Below, in pieces: positions 61,043 to 64,000 of a DNA stretch of 64,000 nucleotides (position 1 is its first letter; the number at the start of each line of letters is the position of its first letter). The notes under the pieces were generated by a model. That model was not told where the DNA came from and did no database searches. It worked only from the letters and a program-made list of their open reading frames with translations. Origin of the DNA: a virus. Both the position numbers and the translations under genes were made by a program. The DNA is taken from positions 22,052-86,051 of the IMG/VR virus record IMGVR_UViG_3300050029_000114. One strand, given 5' to 3'.

Positions 61043-61080
61043 GGTGGTTCCTTTCGGGTAGGTGAGGGTTACCGCTACCC

Positions 61081-61120
61081 ACTATAGCGCGCTAGGGCCC
61101 GGCTGTCTAGGGGTTTCTAG
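61081..61120 (-). promoter_or_regulatory. composite promoter carrying both the CTAG-doublet box and the TAGCGCGCTA box
   Basis: CTAGAAACCCcTAGACA-gccgggccctagcgcgc (17 nt)-TATAGT. Confidence 0.8.
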
Positions 61121-61461
61121 CGGTGCGGGTCGCGGATGCGCTGCCCGTCGTACAGGAGCCATTCGCCGCGCTCGTGCTCCTCGGCTTCGTCGATAGCTAC
61201 CTCGACGATCATTTTCACCTGCTCCTCGCTATAGAGCGGGCCCATCGTCGTCCGCTGAATGTAGAGGATCGTCCGGCCCGGGTTTCTAGCGTCGTGGTGG
61301 TCGGCCTCGATGCGCAGGATCGGCCCGTCGTAGGGTAGGTGGCCGTTGCTCTCGACCCCGAACCGCCATCCCGGCTTGTACCGGAACCGGGCGACGATCC
61401 GCTCGACCTGCTGCAACGGCAATGTCGGTGCCGCCTGGCCTGGCCTCAGTCCGGTCGCCAT
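61117..61461 (-). CDS. hypothetical protein
   Basis: RYKPGWRF...EEHERGEWLLYDGQRIRDPH. Confidence 0.65.
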   Translation of the reverse strand: MATGLRPGQAAPTLPLQQVERIVARFRYKPGWRFGVESNGHLPYDGPILRIEADHHDARNPGRTILYIQRTTMGPLYSEEQVKMIVEVAIDEAEEHERGEWLLYDGQRIRDPHR

Positions 61462-61564
61462 CAGCGGTCCCCGCTGTGCGCTATCAGCAGGACGATGGCG
61501 AGGTAGATGCCCGCCACCGCGAACGTGACGGCCATCGCCTCCCCCGTGGTGAACGCTGCGGCGA

Positions 61565-62341
61565 TCACTTTTTCGCTGCTTTCGGGAACGTCTGCACCAT
61601 CCTCGGGCGGGGCGGCGTCAGCGCCCGTGCCTCCGCTACCGCGGGGCGTGCCGCTGGCGTCGGGTAGCCTTTCGCTGCTGTCTCGAACTCGCCCGCCCAG
61701 CGGATCAACTTGCGGGCCACGTCGAGCCGAACGGCGCGGTCGGCGATCTGTTCGGCTACATCGGCAGCCGGTTTCTGCATGACGTGGAGCAGCGCATCAG
61801 CTCTTGTGGCGGGGGCCGTCCCGGTCGGTCGCTCAGCCTTCGGTATCTCATGGGCCATCGCGTCGATGATCGGCCGTGCTGGCGCCGCTGGCGGGCGCTT
61901 CGCCGTCCGGGCTGCCTCTATGGCCCGCTGGGATAAGGGCGGCTCGACGGGCAGCATAAGGGCCTCTCGTGCCACTCTGGCCGGGTCGGGCAGTTTTGTG
62001 TCGCGCGACCCATTTTCTCGCGCTGCTTTTGCTAGCTCGTGTACGTCTAGCCCTTCGTGCTCCAACATCGCCTCTCCGACGTGGACCCATCGGTAGGCCG
62101 CCTTCCGTGACCTGCCGTGGCGCTCCTCCGTGTACGCCTCAAAGGTCCGGTGGGTCGCCTTGTAGAGCTTCCCCGCGTGGATGATCGCTAGGGCCACGTA
62201 ACCCATCTCGATATCTTCACGGGAGTCCTCCGCTGTGCGGATGGACCGGGCGACGTATTCGTCTAAGCCGTCGAACGTCGAGCACCCCAGCTTCTCTAGC
62301 CCGAGGGCCGGTAACCTGTCGGGCAGTAGGTCAGACGACAT
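61565..62341 (-). CDS. putative DNA-binding protein
   Basis: GYVALAII...LYKATHRTFEAYTEERHGRSRKAAYRWV. Confidence 0.6.
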   Translation of the reverse strand: MSSDLLPDRLPALGLEKLGCSTFDGLDEYVARSIRTAEDSREDIEMGYVALAIIHAGKLYKATHRTFEAYTEERHGRSRKAAYRWVHVGEAMLEHEGLDVHELAKAARENGSRDTKLPDPARVAREALMLPVEPPLSQRAIEAARTAKRPPAAPARPIIDAMAHEIPKAERPTGTAPATRADALLHVMQKPAADVAEQIADRAVRLDVARKLIRWAGEFETAAKGYPTPAARPAVAEARALTPPRPRMVQTFPKAAKK

Positions 62342-62669
62342 GGCTGTCGTCCACTACGAGGCATCCGCCCTCGTAGCGCCATGTCAAGCGGGTGTTCCAG
62401 GGATGGCAGGCCACCCCTCGCCAGAGGGTCTGCGTGTGGTCCGGGTACTGGAGTACCTGGCCGCTTAGGGCCTCTAGAACTCGGCGGCCGACCTCCTCGT
62501 GGGTGATCTTCGCCGCGTCGTATTCGACTGAAACGGTGACCGTCTTGGATCGCCATACCGGGTCGGCGTTCCACGGGCCCCATTCGTCGGGAAGTAGGAG
62601 CGGGTCATCGAAGATGATGATCGGGTCGTCGTCGACTGGCTGGGTTGGCGGGCTAGTCTTGATGATCAT
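62331..62669 (-). CDS. hypothetical protein
   Basis: AGGAGG RBS. Confidence 0.5.
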   Translation of the reverse strand: MIIKTSPPTQPVDDDPIIIFDDPLLLPDEWGPWNADPVWRSKTVTVSVEYDAAKITHEEVGRRVLEALSGQVLQYPDHTQTLWRGVACHPWNTRLTWRYEGGCLVVDDSHVV

Positions 62670-62741
62670 CGGGTACCTCCTAGATAGGTGTCCGGTTGCC
62701 TGCGGTGCCGCTCGGGGAAGTGTGGCACCGCAGGCCTAATC

Positions 62742-63038
62742 CTAGCCCGGTTCCTGCGGGCTCGGCGTCTCGTGGACCGTGTTGAACGCGGAGTTGTTGT
62801 TCTCGTCGCCGACCCACAGCCAGCAGTTCTGGCCGTAGGAGTGGTGCGCCGCCTTGCTCGGGTCGCCATAGATGTAGAGCGTCCCGTCAGGGTCGACCGA
62901 GAAGCTGGCATCGCCGTGCTCCTCATAGAAGCCGTGGTCCTGAACGTACTCTGCGCCCATCGGCTCGTCGGGCGTCATGTGCTCGTCGTACACCTTGACT
63001 CGGACGGCAGATCGGACATGGCCGTGAAGGATTCTCAT
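62742..63038 (-). CDS. hypothetical protein
   Basis: AGGAG RBS downstream of palindrome promoter. Confidence 0.6.
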   Translation of the reverse strand: MRILHGHVRSAVRVKVYDEHMTPDEPMGAEYVQDHGFYEEHGDASFSVDPDGTLYIYGDPSKAAHHSYGQNCWLWVGDENNNSAFNTVHETPSPQEPG

Positions 63039-63071
63039 ACCGCTCTCCTTGGTCGTACTGCGCTGCCCTCA

Positions 63072-63089
63072 ACTCTAGCGCGCTAGCCT
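63072..63089. promoter_or_regulatory. CTAGCGCGCTAG palindrome forming back-to-back -10 elements (TAGAGT on -, TAGCCT on +)
   Basis: actCTAGCGCGCTAGcct; + strand GTG lies 6 nt after TAGCCT. Confidence 0.6.
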
Positions 63090-63095
63090 CGCCGG

Positions 63096-63248
63096 GTGCG
63101 GTCTGCTGATGCCATCCAACCGTGCCTGCCCGGGATGGGCCTCGCCGGGGAATGCGCTGAGCATCGCTGGGCGGTCCGGTGGACCGGGCGGGGATGGCGC
63201 CGGTGCGATGCGTGCGGGGTGCGCGGCTGGTGGTTCCGGGCGCGCTAG
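63096..63248 (+). CDS. 50-aa Zn-ribbon microprotein, leaderless
   Basis: MRSADAIQPCLPGMGLAGECAEHRWAVRWTGRGWRRCDACGVRGWWFRAR*. Confidence 0.45.
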   Translation: MRSADAIQPCLPGMGLAGECAEHRWAVRWTGRGWRRCDACGVRGWWFRAR

Positions 63249-63535
63249 CCCTTCGGTGTCGGGATCGGTGTGATCCTGCCGTCCCGGCGGTGCTTGCCCT
63301 TGTGGTGGCGGCGCAGGAGGCATGGGTTCCGGTCGTTGGCGTGGCCGCAGCGGGGCACGTTGCAGAACGGGATCGCGCAGCGGACTACCTCCTCGACTTT
63401 GTGGCCTGGTGGGCCGAGCAGGACGCTCTCCCATTCGTGGGCGCACGTGTCGATCTTCGGGTTCTGCTCCCAGCCGGGCGGCCAGGGTGTCAGGCCCTTC
63501 TCAGTGATGGTCGGGCCTACCCGGTAGCCGCTCAC
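63245..63535 (-). CDS. Cys/His-rich hypothetical protein
   Basis: CAHEW...RC...C.VPRCGH...PCLLRRHH.GKH. Confidence 0.6.
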   Translation of the reverse strand: MSGYRVGPTITEKGLTPWPPGWEQNPKIDTCAHEWESVLLGPPGHKVEEVVRCAIPFCNVPRCGHANDRNPCLLRRHHKGKHRRDGRITPIPTPKG

Positions 63536-64000
63536 ACGTCCTCCCCGTACCCGAACGCGGCCCGGCGCGCCCCGTCATAGTCCGGGGTGTGCCGGACGCC
63601 GGAGGGAACCATCTTCGCCGGGGGCCGCGGGCTCTCCGTCCGCTCCTCGATCCGTTTCGTGTCCTCCCTGATCCGGTCCGCCAGGTTGATCCCCTCCGGC
63701 CGGTCCGCCGCGACGAGCCAGCGTTTCACGACGCTCCTGGACACGTCGTACTGTTTCGCGGCCCGGTAGACGGTCGAGGCCCGGGCGAACGCGACTATCT
63801 CGGCCCGCTCCTCCGCCGTCCAGGAGCGGCGCGGCCGGGGCGCGTGGCGGCGGTCGTCCGGCCCCTGAGGTTCCTGGGGTTCCGTGACCGCTTTGACCTC
63901 AACCGGTTCAGGGGCCTCAACCGGCGGGGGAGGCGGGAGCGGGTGGCGTTCCCGGTCGTAGCCGGGGGAGAGCTGAGCACAGATACCGCCCTCGGCCAGT
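63532..64000 (-). CDS. HTH-containing protein, start beyond window end
   Basis: frame open to the window edge; RRSWTAEERAEIV...VYRAAKQYDVSRSVVKRW. Confidence 0.6.
   Translation of the reverse strand, partial: LAEGGICAQLSPGYDRERHPLPPPPPVEAPEPVEVKAVTEPQEPQGPDDRRHAPRPRRSWTAEERAEIVAFARASTVYRAAKQYDVSRSVVKRWLVAADRPEGINLADRIREDTKRIEERTESPRPPAKMVPSGVRHTPDYDGARRAAFGYGEDV

Noticed and set aside
1-64000. TAG stop-codon reassignment
   Set aside because: Recognisable proteins ending in TAG are complete and followed by promoters or coupled starts; no suppressor tRNA seen.
63532-64000. IS3-like transposase suggested by the HTH
   Set aside because: No DDE/integrase ORF follows; better read as a stand-alone HTH protein.

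Overview
The window is a 64-kb segment of a high-GC tailed phage genome, probably a siphovirus of Actinomycetota. Almost all genes are on the - strand. Reading down that strand: (1) about 64-52 kb holds small early/accessory genes behind repeated sigmaA-like promoters, including a secreted phosphoesterase/phospholipase C-like protein and an Acb2/Tad1-like protein. (2) About 52-26 kb holds head and tail genes resembling actinophage cluster B: an intein-containing portal-MuF fusion, a maturation protease, two capsid proteins, major tail, tailspike, adaptor and two paralogous TDAEGLTD-repeat proteins, mixed with a glycosyltransferase and methyltransferases. (3) About 26-13.6 kb is an accessory block with CHAP protein, amidase, glycosyltransferases, HNHs, tRNA-Met(CAT), and rtcB behind a structured RNA. 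(4) About 13.6-6.8 kb holds tail completion, a frameshifted chaperone, tape measure and baseplate genes. (5) Below 6.8 kb are an Rpf-like lysin, HNH, and Gam, ERF, SSB, initiator (with iterons) and DnaC-like loader genes. No terminase, integrase or DNA polymerase is recognisable in the window. The strongest unexplained signal is a ~105-nt candidate small RNA (4881-4987, -) with its own -10 element and terminator-like hairpin. Its exposed segments are complementary to a CCCTCACC box and neighbouring ribosome-binding sequence at about nine gene starts, suggesting a phage-encoded antisense regulon. Other notable items are a tRNA-like CCA-ending RNA heading the rtcB transcript, two repeated promoter/operator families, a ~340-nt candidate ncRNA and a possible virion-glycosylation toolkit. 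All family calls come from motif recognition by eye, not database searches.
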